Shown one piece after another: positions 1 to 10,610 of a stretch of 64,000 nucleotides of DNA (position 1 is its first letter; each line of letters begins with the position of its first letter). The notes beneath the pieces were generated by a model. It saw only the letters and a list, made by a program, of their open reading frames with translations. It was not told where the DNA came from and did not search any database. The stretch is from an uncultured Phycisphaerales bacterium. Its GTDB lineage: Bacteria > Planctomycetota > Phycisphaerae > Tepidisphaerales > Tepidisphaeraceae. The stretch spans positions 3,616,001 to 3,680,000 of the forward strand of contig CAVWVQ010000003.1 in assembly GCA_963758525.1 (NCBI GenBank). Reading direction: 5' to 3'. The position numbers and the translations under genes are program-made.

Positions 1-597
1 CCGTCGCAGAAGGCCAGCGAAATCCTCGTCGGGCTCCCGGCTCAGAAGCAGATCGAGGTCGTCAAGCGCGTCGCGAATATGGAGCAGACGAACCCTGAAG
101 TGATCAAGGAAGTCGAGCGCGGCCTGGAACACCGGCTGTCGGACATCGTCAGCCAGACGTTCGAAAAGGCCGGCGGCGTGGATACCGTGGCGGAAATTCT
201 GAATCTTGCCGATCGCTCGACGGAAAAAGGAATCATGGAGGGGCTCGAAGCCGAGGATCCCGATCTCGTCGAGCAGATCCGCCGGCTCATGTTCGTCTTC
301 GAGGACATTCTGCTGGTCAACGACAAGGGGATTCAGTCGGTGCTGAAAGAGGTCGACAACGAGGAGCTGTCGCTGGCTCTGAAAACCGCAAGCCAGGACC
401 TCAAAGACAAGATCTTCAAAAACATGTCGGAACGCGCGGCGCAGCTGATCGCCGAGGACATGCAGTACATGGGTCCGGTGCGCGTCAGCGATGTGGAGGC
501 GGCACAGCAGAAAATCGTGGACGTTGTGCGGCGCCTGGAAGACGCGGGGGAAATCATCATCGCCGGCCGCGGCGGGGAGAAGGAAATGGTTGTGTGA
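1..597 (+). CDS. fliG: Flagellar motor switch protein FliG (5' end outside window)
   Basis: Frame open from base 1; FliG C-terminal motifs GGVDTVAEILN, MFVFEDI, NMSERAA, GPVRVSDVEAAQQKIV. Confidence 0.95.
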   Translation, partial: PSQKASEILVGLPAQKQIEVVKRVANMEQTNPEVIKEVERGLEHRLSDIVSQTFEKAGGVDTVAEILNLADRSTEKGIMEGLEAEDPDLVEQIRRLMFVFEDILLVNDKGIQSVLKEVDNEELSLALKTASQDLKDKIFKNMSERAAQLIAEDMQYMGPVRVSDVEAAQQKIVDVVRRLEDAGEIIIAGRGGEKEMVV

Positions 598-737
598 CCA
601 TGTGCCAAATGAACGTGCACGATTACGCGCACGTGCGACGAGTATGTTGCCCTTAGGGCAGCCGCTAAACGGTTTTTGGAAGCGCGTAATCGCGCAAGGT
701 CATATAGAAATATTTCCGAGTCTGCAGACGTGAACGC

Positions 738-1442
738 ATGGGTGTCATCAAAGCTGAAAACCTGCCGGCATCCGTGAGTCCTTTCTCCATGCGCGACGTG
801 GAGAATGAGGCGCGCGGCATCCTTGCGCGTGCCCGGAGACAGGCGGAGCAACTGCTGGCCGCGGCGCAAATCGAAAGCGAAAGGCTGAAGAAGGAGTCGC
901 ACGCGCTGGGACTGGCGGAGGGCCGGCGCGAAGGGAACGCGGCGGGGTTGGAGGCCGGCAGGGCAGCGGGGCGCAGCGAGGCACTGGCGGCGCAAAGCGA
1001 CTCACTGCGCCACGTCCTGGGTGCATTGACCGTTTCCGTCGCGGCGCTGGAGGCCCAGCGCACGGCGCTGGAGGCGGCGGCACTCGCTGATGTGGTGAAG
1101 CTCTCGGTGGCAATCGCGCGGCGAGTGACCAAACGTCAGGGGCTGATCGAGCCGGACGTTCTGGCGGCAAATCTTGCCGAGTTGATGAGCCTCGTCGCTC
1201 ATGCATCGGATATCCGTATCGCGATCCATCCCCGGCAAAACCAGGCACTCAAAGAGATTCTCCCGCAACTGCAGGTGCAGTGGCCGAACCTCAGGCACGT
1301 GGAAGTGATCGACGACCCGACAATCGCCCCCGGAGGCTGCAAGGTCTACACGCAACAGGGATTTGTCGATGCGGACCTGGATGCGCAGCTGACCCGCATC
1401 GTGGATGATTTATTGCCGCGCCCTGCCGGGACGACGACATGA
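738..1442 (+). CDS. fliH: Flagellar assembly protein FliH
   Basis: AxxxGxxxG repeats (ALGLAEGRREGNAAGLEAG) and C-terminal DPTIAPGGCKV; lies between fliG and fliI. Confidence 0.9.
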   Translation: MGVIKAENLPASVSPFSMRDVENEARGILARARRQAEQLLAAAQIESERLKKESHALGLAEGRREGNAAGLEAGRAAGRSEALAAQSDSLRHVLGALTVSVAALEAQRTALEAAALADVVKLSVAIARRVTKRQGLIEPDVLAANLAELMSLVAHASDIRIAIHPRQNQALKEILPQLQVQWPNLRHVEVIDDPTIAPGGCKVYTQQGFVDADLDAQLTRIVDDLLPRPAGTTT

Positions 1443-2812
1443 GCTCGCAGCTTCTGGCCCAACTCGACGCAGTGGAGAACGCAATGCCGTTTGGCGTCGT
1501 CGGGCAGGTGCAGGCCGTCAGCGGGATGACCATCGAGGCGGCGGACCTCACGCTGCCGCTGGGCAGTCTCTGCAAAATCAGCAGTTTTGGCGGGAAGACC
1601 TGCACGGCGGAAGTGATCGGATTCGCGCACAACCGCACGATCCTGATGCCGCTTGGCGCCACGGCCGGGGTATCGCGCGGGGATCGAATCGCCAATCAGT
1701 GCGCTTCGCCCCGGATCTGGTGCTCCGAGCAATTGCTGGGCCGCGTGATCAACGGGCTCGGCGAGCCGATCGATGGCAAAGGCCCGCTGCACTTTTGCGA
1801 ATCCCGGCGGATTGACGGTCGCGCGATTGCGCCGATGGACCGGGAACCCATCCGCCAGCCAATTTCGACCGGGGTCCGCGCCATCGACGGATTGCTTACC
1901 TGCGGGCTTGGGCAGCGCGTCGGCATCTTCTCGGGGCCGGGGGTTGGAAAGAGCACGCTGCTGGCGTCGATCGCGCGGCACACCAGCGCGGATATCAGCG
2001 TCGTCGTGCTGATCGGCGAACGCGGACGCGAGGTGCAGGAATTCATCGAGCATGGGCTGGGCCCGCAAGGGCTGCGGCGATGCGTGGTGATCGTGAGCAC
2101 CAGCGACGAGCCGCCGCTCTTGCGCGTGCGGGCCGCGAAGGTGGCCTGCACGGTGTCAGAGTATTTCCGCGACGCCGGCAAAAATGTGCTGCTGATGATG
2201 GATTCGCTGACGCGCTTGTGCCACGGGCAGCGTCAGATCGGTCTGGCGGCGCGCGAGCCGCCGGCGACGAAGGGGTTTCCGCCCAGCGTCTTTGCGCTGC
2301 TTCCCGAAATTCTCGAGCGGGCGGGCAAGACGCCGCGCGGATCGATCACGGGTTTTTACACGGTGCTGGTGGAGGGTGACGACTTTAACGAACCGATTCC
2401 TGACGCCGTGAAAGGGATCGCGGACGGTCACTTCTGGCTCAGCCGATCGCTGGCAAATCGCGGACATTTCCCGGCGCTGGACGTGCTGCAGAGCATCAGC
2501 CGGGTGCGCAGCGATGTGATCGACGGCGAGCAGACCAAGGCATGCCGAAGGGTGCTTGCGCTCACGGCGGTTTATGCCGACATCGAGGATCTGGTCAACA
2601 TCGGCGCCTACGTGCCCGGGGCAAGTCTGGAATATGACGTCGCGGTGCAGGCACGGCCCAAGATCATCGAGTTTCTCCGGCAGGAGGCGTTTGCCCCCAT
2701 GGAGTTCGACAAGTCGCGCCGGCAGGCAATCGAGCTGGCGAATTGGACCGAGGCGCTGGAAAAGACGCTTCGCATGCAAGCCGCCAAGGCGGCCTCGAAG
2801 GGAAAGGCCTGA
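1439..2812 (+). CDS. fliI: Flagellar export ATPase FliI
   Basis: Walker A GPGVGKST, LIGERGREV, Walker B LLMMDSLTR, GSITGFYTVLVEGDD. Confidence 0.95.
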   Translation: MSSQLLAQLDAVENAMPFGVVGQVQAVSGMTIEAADLTLPLGSLCKISSFGGKTCTAEVIGFAHNRTILMPLGATAGVSRGDRIANQCASPRIWCSEQLLGRVINGLGEPIDGKGPLHFCESRRIDGRAIAPMDREPIRQPISTGVRAIDGLLTCGLGQRVGIFSGPGVGKSTLLASIARHTSADISVVVLIGERGREVQEFIEHGLGPQGLRRCVVIVSTSDEPPLLRVRAAKVACTVSEYFRDAGKNVLLMMDSLTRLCHGQRQIGLAAREPPATKGFPPSVFALLPEILERAGKTPRGSITGFYTVLVEGDDFNEPIPDAVKGIADGHFWLSRSLANRGHFPALDVLQSISRVRSDVIDGEQTKACRRVLALTAVYADIEDLVNIGAYVPGASLEYDVAVQARPKIIEFLRQEAFAPMEFDKSRRQAIELANWTEALEKTLRMQAAKAASKGKA

Positions 2813-2847
2813 GCGAAAACAACCGACGTGCATCTTTGAGCGCTTTC

Positions 2848-2960
2848 CCCGTGGCACGGGCATCCTGCCCGTGTTAGCGACGCCGAAGTAAGACAAATGT
2901 GGTATCCGGGTTTTGTTCATCCCACGCACCTAACACGGGCAGGATGCCCGTGCCACAGGG
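2848..2960. repeat. REPIN-like inverted repeat, family B (CCCGTGGCACGGGC..GCCCGTGTTAG)
   Basis: cccgtggcacgggcatcctgcccgtgttag ... ctaacacgggcaggatgcccgtgccacaggg; same family recurs at about 25018-25568. Confidence 0.85.
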
Positions 2961-3014
2961 AAGCGGGATGCGGAGCAACGATCAAACGGCCGCGGTGCAA
3001 CACGCGAGAGATTG

Positions 3015-3485
3015 ATGGCGAGATTTTTGTTTCATCTTGACGGTCTTTTGCGGCATCGCAAAAGCCAGGAACGGGAGCGGCAGCGCGACGTGGCGGTGAT
3101 CGCGGCCGAGATGTCGGTGCTCCAGGCTGAGCTCGGATCGCTCAACGGGACGCTTCAACAAACGCTCGACGATCTGCGTAGCAATCACCTGGTGGGCAGG
3201 CTCGACTTACAGTTTCTTGCGGCGCACCGTCGCTACATTCTTTCCGTGCAGCGCAAAACCGGCTCGATCGCGCAGAAAATGGCGCTGGTGCAAAAGCAGA
3301 TCGACAACGCCCGCGCGCAGCTCATCGAGGCAGCACGTCAGCGGAAAATGCTGGAAAAGCTTCGGGAAAAGCATCATCAGGAGTGGGTGGCGCGGCAGAA
3401 TCACAGCGAGTTTCTCGAAGCCGACGACATCGGCACGCGACTTGCCTTGGCTGATCGTGCGAACGTCGGGGAGGATGCCCCGTGA
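3015..3485 (+). CDS. fliJ: Flagellar export chaperone FliJ
   Basis: MARFLFHLDGLLRHR start, coiled coil, KMLEKLREK..EADDIG end; directly after fliI. Confidence 0.85.
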   Translation: MARFLFHLDGLLRHRKSQERERQRDVAVIAAEMSVLQAELGSLNGTLQQTLDDLRSNHLVGRLDLQFLAAHRRYILSVQRKTGSIAQKMALVQKQIDNARAQLIEAARQRKMLEKLREKHHQEWVARQNHSEFLEADDIGTRLALADRANVGEDAP

Positions 3486-4168
3486 AGACCATCGGAACCG
3501 TGTTCCTCATGATTTTGGCCGTTAACTTCCTGGCACTGGCCGGAGGCGCGGGCTGGCTGTTTCAAAGCGGACACTTGAATAAGGATCGCGTGAAGGCGAT
3601 TCGAGAAGTCATGTTTCCGGCAGCGACGCAGCCAACGACGCAGCCGACCGACGCCGGTGTTCCTCCAGAGCCAACCGCGTCATCGCGACTGGAAGAACTG
3701 CTGGCGAAGCGCACCGGTGCGCGATCGGCCGCGGAGCAGACGGAATTTCTGCAGCACACTTTCGACGCGCAGATGAGTCAGCTCGATCAGCGTCAGCGGC
3801 AGTTGGAAGATTTGCAGCGGCTGGTCGCGGCTGGACAGGCGCAGGTGCGGGCCGACCGAGCCCAATTGGATGCCGACCGGCAGAAGCTGACCGACGATCA
3901 GCAGCAGTCGGCGCGTCTCGCGGACGATCAGGGATTCCAGGACAGCCTGAATCTCTACAACTCGATGCCGGCCAAGCAGGTGAAGGACATTTTCCTGTCG
4001 ATCGACGACAAGACGGTTGTGAACTATCTGCGTGCGATGACGCCGCGGACCGCGGCAAAGGTGCTGAAGGAGTTCAAGACGCCCGATGAAGCGGTTCGCG
4101 TTCAAAAGCTCATGGATCGCATGCGGGAATCCGCCCCCGCGACCAACCCGGTGAAGGAACAGCAGTAA
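3482..4168 (+). CDS. YlxF/MotE/FlbB-like flagellar protein (N-terminal TM, coiled coil, MgtE_N-like tail)
   Basis: N-terminal hydrophobic segment; LYNSMPAKQVKDIF..MTPRTAAKVL tail; position after fliJ. Confidence 0.65.
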   Translation: MKTIGTVFLMILAVNFLALAGGAGWLFQSGHLNKDRVKAIREVMFPAATQPTTQPTDAGVPPEPTASSRLEELLAKRTGARSAAEQTEFLQHTFDAQMSQLDQRQRQLEDLQRLVAAGQAQVRADRAQLDADRQKLTDDQQQSARLADDQGFQDSLNLYNSMPAKQVKDIFLSIDDKTVVNYLRAMTPRTAAKVLKEFKTPDEAVRVQKLMDRMRESAPATNPVKEQQ

Positions 4169-5614
4169 TGTCTCCCACGTCGCTGACATCGTCTTTCCCA
4201 GCACCTCCCGCGCCCGGCGCCGCCGAATGATGCGAACGCCGCCGGCACTGCCGATACCGCGAATCAACCCGGACGAAGCTTTCGTCAGGTGTTGGATGAC
4301 CAGTCCAACCGGACCGAAGCTCAGCCAGCGAATTCGAGCGACAGCGCGAGCAAGAGCGACACCGCGAAAAAGTCGGACGACTCAAAGGATGACAACTCGG
4401 GCGATACGCAAGCAACGAATAATGCTGCCGGAGGCGCGGACAGCGAGAACGGCGCGGTCAGCGCCAACCCTGCCGGCGACGCGGGAACCGCTGCTGCTCC
4501 AGACGCGGCCAAGGGGCCGGCGGCGAAGCGAGCTGGCAAGGCAGCGGTCGGCGGTGCAAAGACGACGCCATCGGGAGATGCCGCGGCATCGAACGAGAAT
4601 GCCGTGAACGCTTCGGTGGAGGTGGACCCATCGGCGGCTGCGGAGCAGGGCGTGACGCCAGTCGACGAAAAGCAGGGGGGCGACGGAAAATCGAAAGCGC
4701 AAAAGGCCGCGACCACAGCGAAGCCGACCGACGGGTCCGAATCGGCCGTTCTCACGGTGGCCGCGTGCAGCGCGGCCCCCGCGGCGTCTGCTCCAGAGAC
4801 TCCCGCGGAATTGACTGTTTCGCAGCAAGCCTCCAAGACCGGCGACGGGTCCCACCCGACTGACGCGATCACTGGGAAAGCGACGGCAAAGTCAACGCTC
4901 CGGGCGGAGGACTCCATTCAGCCTGGCAAGACCGACAAGCAAGCCGCCAAGCAGTCGGCGACCGTTGCCGCGGGCCCGGCCGATGCGTCATCTCCGTCGA
5001 CTGACGCAACGCCTGATGCGGTGGCCAGCGCCGATGCGGATGTCGCGCCCGTGGAGCATCCGGCTGCGAAGGGGGATCTCGCGACGTTTGCGCAGCAATT
5101 AACGGACGCCACCGCCCAGAAAACAAACGATGTGCAAAAGATCACGACGGCACAGCCCGCGGCGCCGCCCGCGCCCACCGTCGCGGATTTTGCGGCAGCG
5201 AATCACGCTCAGATCGTCAGCTCCGTGCATACCCAGTTGCTTCCCAACGGCGGATCGATGCAGATCCGTCTCGATCCGCCGGACCTCGGGGCCATGCAGA
5301 TTACCGTTCATATGCGGGACGGTGTCATGAGCGCGGAATTTCAGGCGTCGAACGACCAGACGGCAAAGTTGCTCAGCCACAGCCTCGGCGACCTCAAGAC
5401 GCAGCTCGAAACGCAGGGGGTGACCGTGGAAAAGCTGCACGTGACGGCTGCGCCGCGGGAATCGCGCGGCGGCAGCAACGGTTCCGATGCGCGAAAGCAT
5501 CGCGAGCAGGCGCCCAGCGACGACCAGCGGCGGGAACAGCAGCGCAAGGAAATGCTGCGTCGAATGTGGAGCAAGCTTGCCAAGGGAGACGCGCCGCTGG
5601 ACATGGTGGCGTAG
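4168..5614 (+). CDS. fliK: Flagellar hook-length control protein FliK (probable frameshift at about 4187-4228)
   Basis: Long Ala/Thr/Asp-rich region and C-terminal MQIRLDPPDLGAMQITV domain. The ATG at 4168 overlaps the upstream TAA but is out of frame with the 4289-5614 ORF. Confidence 0.85.
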
Positions 5615-5623
5615 AGTCGACCC

Positions 5624-5704
5624 CACGCCGAGTCTGAGGTACGCCGAAGGCTCGAATTCCCGCGCGGTCGATACGAGCCTTCGGATTACCTCAGACTCGG
5701 CGTG
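5624..5704. repeat. Long inverted repeat (about 30-bp arms)
   Basis: cacgccgagtctgaggta..ccgaaggctcg / cgagccttcgg..tacctcagactcggcgtg. Confidence 0.8.
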
Positions 5705-5851
5705 ATGGGAAATTTGGATTTCGAACCGGCTCTGAACCACTGGCTGCTGGCGCGGATTTGGCGCGTTGGATCGCGCAGAGTTCTGCTTCGACAGATTACC
5801 GCGTCAGATTATTCATCGGACAGCTGTCCCGCCGCCGAAAGGTAAAGCGAT

Positions 5852-6316
5852 ATGACGACGACATCCGTTCAACCAACCGGGCAGGTTTCGACCGATCAGT
5901 TGCAGGCACCCGCCTCGACGGGACTGTCGGCACTCACGCCCAGCGACTTTATCAATCTGATGGTCACCGAGCTGCAGAACCAGGATCCGACGCAGCCTGA
6001 ATCCAGCGATCAGTTGCTCTCTCAGATGAGTCAGATCGGGCAGCTTCAATCGTCGAATTCCCTGCAGTCGACTCTCTCTGGCCTGGCACAGCAGAATCAG
6101 ATCGGAGCCGCATCCTCGTTGATCGGCAAGAGTGTCCAGGGGCTCAGTTCCAGCAACAATCAGGTGAGCGGAATTGTCAGCTCGGTCAACGTCGCCAGCA
6201 GCGGCGTTACGCTGGAGCTGGACAACGGCAACAGTCTGTCGCTCGCGAACGTGACGAGCATCGCCCCGGCCTCCACAACAACGTCTGCGACTTCGACTTC
6301 GACGCCAGCTTCATGA
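5852..6316 (+). CDS. flgD: Flagellar hook capping protein FlgD
   Basis: DFINLMVTELQNQDPTQP motif and AASSLIGKSV. Confidence 0.92.
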   Translation: MTTTSVQPTGQVSTDQLQAPASTGLSALTPSDFINLMVTELQNQDPTQPESSDQLLSQMSQIGQLQSSNSLQSTLSGLAQQNQIGAASSLIGKSVQGLSSSNNQVSGIVSSVNVASSGVTLELDNGNSLSLANVTSIAPASTTTSATSTSTPAS

Positions 6317-6393
6317 GCATTGGATTTGAAAGCGTGGCTCCGCGCGGAGCATCAGTTTGATCAGGCGGCCCTCGCCGGCAATGGGTTTGCACT

Positions 6394-8109
6394 ATGTCTT
6401 TAACCAGCACGCTCTACACGGGACTCTCCGGGCTGAACGTCAATCAGACGCAGCTCAACGTCGTCGGCAATAACATCGCCAATGCCAACACCGTTGGTTT
6501 CAAGGCGAGCCGCGCCTTGTTCAAGTCGCAGTTTTACGTGACGACGGCGGCGGGAACCGCGCCCACGTCAGATGATGGCGGAAGCAACCCGAGCCAGTTG
6601 GGGTTGGGCGCGCAGGTATCCTCGATCGAAGAGGATTACAGCGCCGGGACAATCGAACCGACCGGGGTGAACACTGACATGGCTGTCGACGGCGACGGAT
6701 TTTTCGTGGTCAAGACCAGCGGCGGTCAGCAATATACGCGCGATGGGTCCTTTACGCTGAACTCCGCGGATCAATTGGTGAACACCAGCGGCGGTTTTGT
6801 GCAGGGGTTTGGAGTCGACGCCGAAAATAATATCATACCAGGCCAGCTCCAGAACGTCACGGTTCCGCTTGGCGCCACCACGACCGCCAAAGCGACCACG
6901 TCGGTCAAGCTCCAGGGAAATCTCAACGCCGCGGGCGACGTCGCCACCGGGCAAAGCATTTTAAACAGCCAGCCGATCACCACCGTCGGGGGCCTTGCGG
7001 TGCCGACGGGCACCACGCTGCTGACAAGCCTTGCATCGCAATCCGCACCCGGAACTGCTCTGATCGCCGTCGGCGACGTCTATACGCTGAAGGGGCAAAA
7101 AGACGGACGCGACCAGACGCCGCAGACCTTCACCGTGACCGCGACCAGCACCGTTAACGATCTGACCACGTTCTACAATCAGGGCCTGGGTATAGACACA
7201 ACGGTTGGCGGAACTCCGCCGCCCGGTGCAACCATCGAAACCAGCACGACCACGCCCACCGCCGCCAATCTGGTGATTACCGGCAACCTGGGAACCCAAA
7301 ACTCTCTCTCGCTGGCGGGATCGGACTTTATCAGCCAGGCGGGCAATACTCCGTTTACGTTCGTCGACGGGACCGACAACGCGGGCTTCACCAGCAATCC
7401 CAACGGCGAGAGCGTGCACACCACGTTCACCGCGTTTGACTCGCTGGGAAATCCCGTCAATGTCGACGTGACCGCCGTGCTTCAATCGAAAGCCGACACC
7501 GGCAACACCTGGCAATTTTATGCAACGTCCGGCGACAACAAGGGCGGCGCCGGCACGGTGCTCGGTGACGGCACGCTGACCTTCGACGGCAGCGGCGCGC
7601 TGAAGACGGTGACGGGCAACACGATCAACATCGATCGCACGGGGACGGGCGCTACCACGCCACTAACACTGACCATGGACTTCAGCGGAGTCTCGCAACT
7701 CGCCGGCACCAACTCCGATCTGGTCATGAGCCAGCAGGACGGCTCGGGAATCGGCTCGCTGCAAACCTTTTCCGTTGGCAACGATGGAACCATCGTCGGC
7801 TCCTATTCCAACGGGTTGACCAAGACGCTGGGGCAGGTCGCACTTGCGACATTCAAGAATAATGACGGTCTGATCGACAACGGAGGCAACACCTATTCGC
7901 AATCCGCCAACAGCGGAGTCGCGATTGTCTCCGCTCCCCAGGCGTTGGGCGCCGGGGCTGTTCGATCGGGCGCACTGGAATTGAGCAACGTCGATCTTTC
8001 CAAGGAGTTTACGAATCTGATCGTCGCGTCCACCGGCTATTCCGCCGCCAGCAAGGTCATCACCACCAGCGACCAACTGTTGACGGATCTGCTGAACACG
8101 ACGCGGTAG
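6394..8109 (+). CDS. flgE: Flagellar hook protein FlgE
   Basis: LSGL..GNNIANANTVGFK, YTRDGSF, LELSNVDLSKEFTNLI. Confidence 0.95.
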   Translation: MSLTSTLYTGLSGLNVNQTQLNVVGNNIANANTVGFKASRALFKSQFYVTTAAGTAPTSDDGGSNPSQLGLGAQVSSIEEDYSAGTIEPTGVNTDMAVDGDGFFVVKTSGGQQYTRDGSFTLNSADQLVNTSGGFVQGFGVDAENNIIPGQLQNVTVPLGATTTAKATTSVKLQGNLNAAGDVATGQSILNSQPITTVGGLAVPTGTTLLTSLASQSAPGTALIAVGDVYTLKGQKDGRDQTPQTFTVTATSTVNDLTTFYNQGLGIDTTVGGTPPPGATIETSTTTPTAANLVITGNLGTQNSLSLAGSDFISQAGNTPFTFVDGTDNAGFTSNPNGESVHTTFTAFDSLGNPVNVDVTAVLQSKADTGNTWQFYATSGDNKGGAGTVLGDGTLTFDGSGALKTVTGNTINIDRTGTGATTPLTLTMDFSGVSQLAGTNSDLVMSQQDGSGIGSLQTFSVGNDGTIVGSYSNGLTKTLGQVALATFKNNDGLIDNGGNTYSQSANSGVAIVSAPQALGAGAVRSGALELSNVDLSKEFTNLIVASTGYSAASKVITTSDQLLTDLLNTTR

Positions 8110-8185
8110 GCGATCGAACAATACAGCGGGTCGCGCCCAACACCGGCGCGGCCGATCGCACCGGGCGGAGCCCGGACGAATGATA

Positions 8186-8233
8186 GCCCCTCGCGGCAGG
8201 GTGTTTATTCTGCTGTCGCGGGGGGCATTTTTT
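8186..8233 (+). terminator. Possible intrinsic terminator after flgE
   Basis: Imperfect GC stem gcccctcgcggcag/ctgctgtcgcggggggc followed by attttt. Confidence 0.4.
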
Positions 8234-8354
8234 ATACGGGGTTGTCGCAGCGGACGATGCCCTTCGGAAACGATCTTGGCTGCTGCCCGCAGGGCAGCTT
8301 ACTGTTCGCCCCAGCGCCTCTTCGCGCGGGTTTCACTCAGACGGCGGAGCCGGC

Positions 8355-8549
8355 ATGATCCTTCTCACACGCCTCAACGGTCAGCAGTTTGTCATCAACG
8401 CGGAAAAAATCCGCTACATCGAGTCCACGCCAGATACCATCGTCTGCTGCGACACCGGCGACAAAGTGATGGTAAAGGAGACGTTGCAGGAGGTCACCCG
8501 AAGGGCAATCGATTACGCCAGGGTCATTCGGCGGCCGATCACGGACTGA
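8355..8549 (+). CDS. flbD: Flagellar FlbD (SwrD) family protein
   Basis: MILLTRLNGQQFVINAEKIRYIESTPDTIV; 64 aa; follows flgE. Confidence 0.9.
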   Translation: MILLTRLNGQQFVINAEKIRYIESTPDTIVCCDTGDKVMVKETLQEVTRRAIDYARVIRRPITD

Positions 8550-8577
8550 GCTGGAGGTTGGGGCTCAGAGCCTGGCG

Positions 8578-9201
8578 TCATGGAAGGGTATCGCGCACGG
8601 CGATCCCGCCCACTTCTTCACCACCAATTAGCACGGGAAGCAATTCGTCCTGGCCGAATGGTTCAATGGACGCGTATTCGGGCTGCTCGGCTGGTCCGCT
8701 GGGTCGCGTGCAGATTTCAACGCGGCCTGCGGTGACGTCCACAATCCAATAGACCGAAACCCCGGCACGCGCATAGATGCGGCGCTTGATGCCCCTGTCG
8801 CGGCTGAGGCTGGAATCGGCAATTTCCAGCACCATCGCAAGCTGCTCCGGCCCGGGATGGCGATCAATATAATCACGCGGCTGACCGTGAACCACGGATA
8901 CATCAGGCTCCGGCTCGCTGGTGTCAGTCGTCACCGGCTCCTGAGTCCTAACATACCATCCGGTCGGGACGACGGACCGGAGCGCGGCGGCGGCAAGTTC
9001 AGTTGCCACGCAATGGGGTGGGTTTTTCGACATTTTTGGCACCAGCCAGCCTTCAAGTAGTTCGACCCGATCATCTTTGGTCAGGATGCCCGACCGAATC
9101 ATTTCATGATATTGGCCGACGCTGAGGCGCAAGATCGGATCGGTGGGCACGGTTAAGTCGTGCCCTCGACTCTCCGAGGGAGGATGGATAGCAGTTGACA
9201 T
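8578..9201 (-). CDS. Uma2 family (DUF820) putative endonuclease
   Basis: RVELLEG, PPH, EPEPDVSVV, LEIADSSLSRDRGIKRRIYARAGVSVYWIVD. Confidence 0.9.
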   Translation of the reverse strand: MSTAIHPPSESRGHDLTVPTDPILRLSVGQYHEMIRSGILTKDDRVELLEGWLVPKMSKNPPHCVATELAAAALRSVVPTGWYVRTQEPVTTDTSEPEPDVSVVHGQPRDYIDRHPGPEQLAMVLEIADSSLSRDRGIKRRIYARAGVSVYWIVDVTAGRVEICTRPSGPAEQPEYASIEPFGQDELLPVLIGGEEVGGIAVRDTLP

Positions 9202-9415
9202 CTCATTCTCCTTAGAGGCCAGCTAGCTTGCCCTTAGTTATTCTATGCGGGAATACCTTCAACTCATACCGCGTGCCGAGCCTCTGTCCTTTAACATCCG
9301 CCCTTGCATTTTCCTGAACCCTGAACCCCCAGCCCGTCTTTGCCGATATCTCCAATAGCCCGTCCGCCCTGTCCGCGCAATATCGGACCTGTCGGCACGT
9401 ACCGGGCCGGGACAC

Positions 9416-10020
9416 ATGCCTGAAAAAACGGAAAAGAAGAACGAAGCCGCTGCCCCAGCGGAGAAGGGGAAGGAAGCCGCGCACACCGAGAAGAAGGGGG
9501 GCGGCGGATTTCTGACCACGGTGCCGGTCATGCTCGGGGGCGTGATGATGCTTGAGGCGGCGGTTCTCTTTGCCGGTTTCAAATTTCTGGGGGGGCGCCC
9601 AAGACAGTGGTGGGGGCGGAACTGGTCAATCCTGACAAGCCCGGCGAAGGGAAAGACGGCGTAAAGTCCGATTCGCCCACCGATGCAAACAAGGCTTGTG
9701 AACTTGAAGTGGTCGATTTTCGCTCGCCGAACAAGATCAGCGGCCGGGAATATCTCTATGACGTCAGCATCTACGTTGTGACAAAGTTCTCTCACCAGGA
9801 CAAGGTGAAGAGCATTATTGCTGACCGCGAGGCCTTGATTAAAGATCGGATACGCACCATCATAGCGCAGAGCGATCCGGAAAAACTGGGAGGCGGCTCC
9901 GAACCTGGGCTGGAGACGTTTCGTAGGCAAGTCAAGTACCAGCTCGATGAGATCGTCGGTGATGGGCTGATCGACGATGTCTTGGTTCCGAAGTGCATTC
10001 CCATGCGGGCTGACTTCTGA
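9416..10020 (+). CDS. fliL: Flagellar basal body protein FliL (frameshift in G7 run at 9589-9595)
   Basis: Lys-rich N-terminus plus TM in one frame and FliL-like C-terminal domain in another; one extra G restores LGGAPKTVVG. Confidence 0.75.
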
Positions 10021-10082
10021 GTCTGGCCCGCATGAAGCTCCGATCTGGAAGATCGGTTACGAATCGCCAAGGATGGTGAATC

Positions 10083-10610
10083 ATGCCAGAAGACCAGCCG
10101 GTCGATCCGGCGTCTCAATCCGCTCCGCAGGATATTACTCCCGTCGCTACCGCTGACGACATCGCGGCACAGTCCGCCGATTTCCCCGCCTCGATCGACA
10201 CGCTGGATGCCGCTTCAATCGAAGAGCTTCTCAAAGCCGCCAATTTTGAAGATCCCGCGGCAGTTCACGCGCAGGCCAGCGCCGATGATCGTCCGACGCC
10301 GGCAGGCGAAGAATTCAAGCTTCCCAATCTGACGCAGGTGCTTCAGGATGCGCAGGTTTCCAGCATCGAGCTGTTGCGCGATGTCGAGTTGAACGTGAAG
10401 ATCGAGCTTGGACGAGCGCGCATGCTCGTGGAAGACGTCCTGAAGTTGTGCGAGGGATCGGTGGTCGAATTGGACAAACTGGCGGGGGATCCGGTGGATG
10501 TATTCGTCAACGACCGTCTGGTCGCCCGCGGCGAAGTGCTGGTGCTGAACGACAACTTCTGCGTACGCGTCAACGAAATTATCGCCGGTGTGAAGGACGA
10601 AGGGCAGTGA
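10083..10610 (+). CDS. fliN: Flagellar motor switch protein FliN
   Basis: [43 protein letters not shown]. Confidence 0.95.
   Translation: MPEDQPVDPASQSAPQDITPVATADDIAAQSADFPASIDTLDAASIEELLKAANFEDPAAVHAQASADDRPTPAGEEFKLPNLTQVLQDAQVSSIELLRDVELNVKIELGRARMLVEDVLKLCEGSVVELDKLAGDPVDVFVNDRLVARGEVLVLNDNFCVRVNEIIAGVKDEGQ

Noticed and set aside
620..692. Structured RNA between fliG and fliH (cgattacgcgc/gcgcgtaatcg with inner hairpins)
   Set aside because: Short, single copy in the window and compatible with a decayed REP; no further support.
9320..9350. Sigma-28 promoters at GCCGATA sites (about 9342, 43529, 63249)
   Set aside because: The -10-like matches lack a convincing TAAA -35 at the right spacing; not supportable without TSS data.
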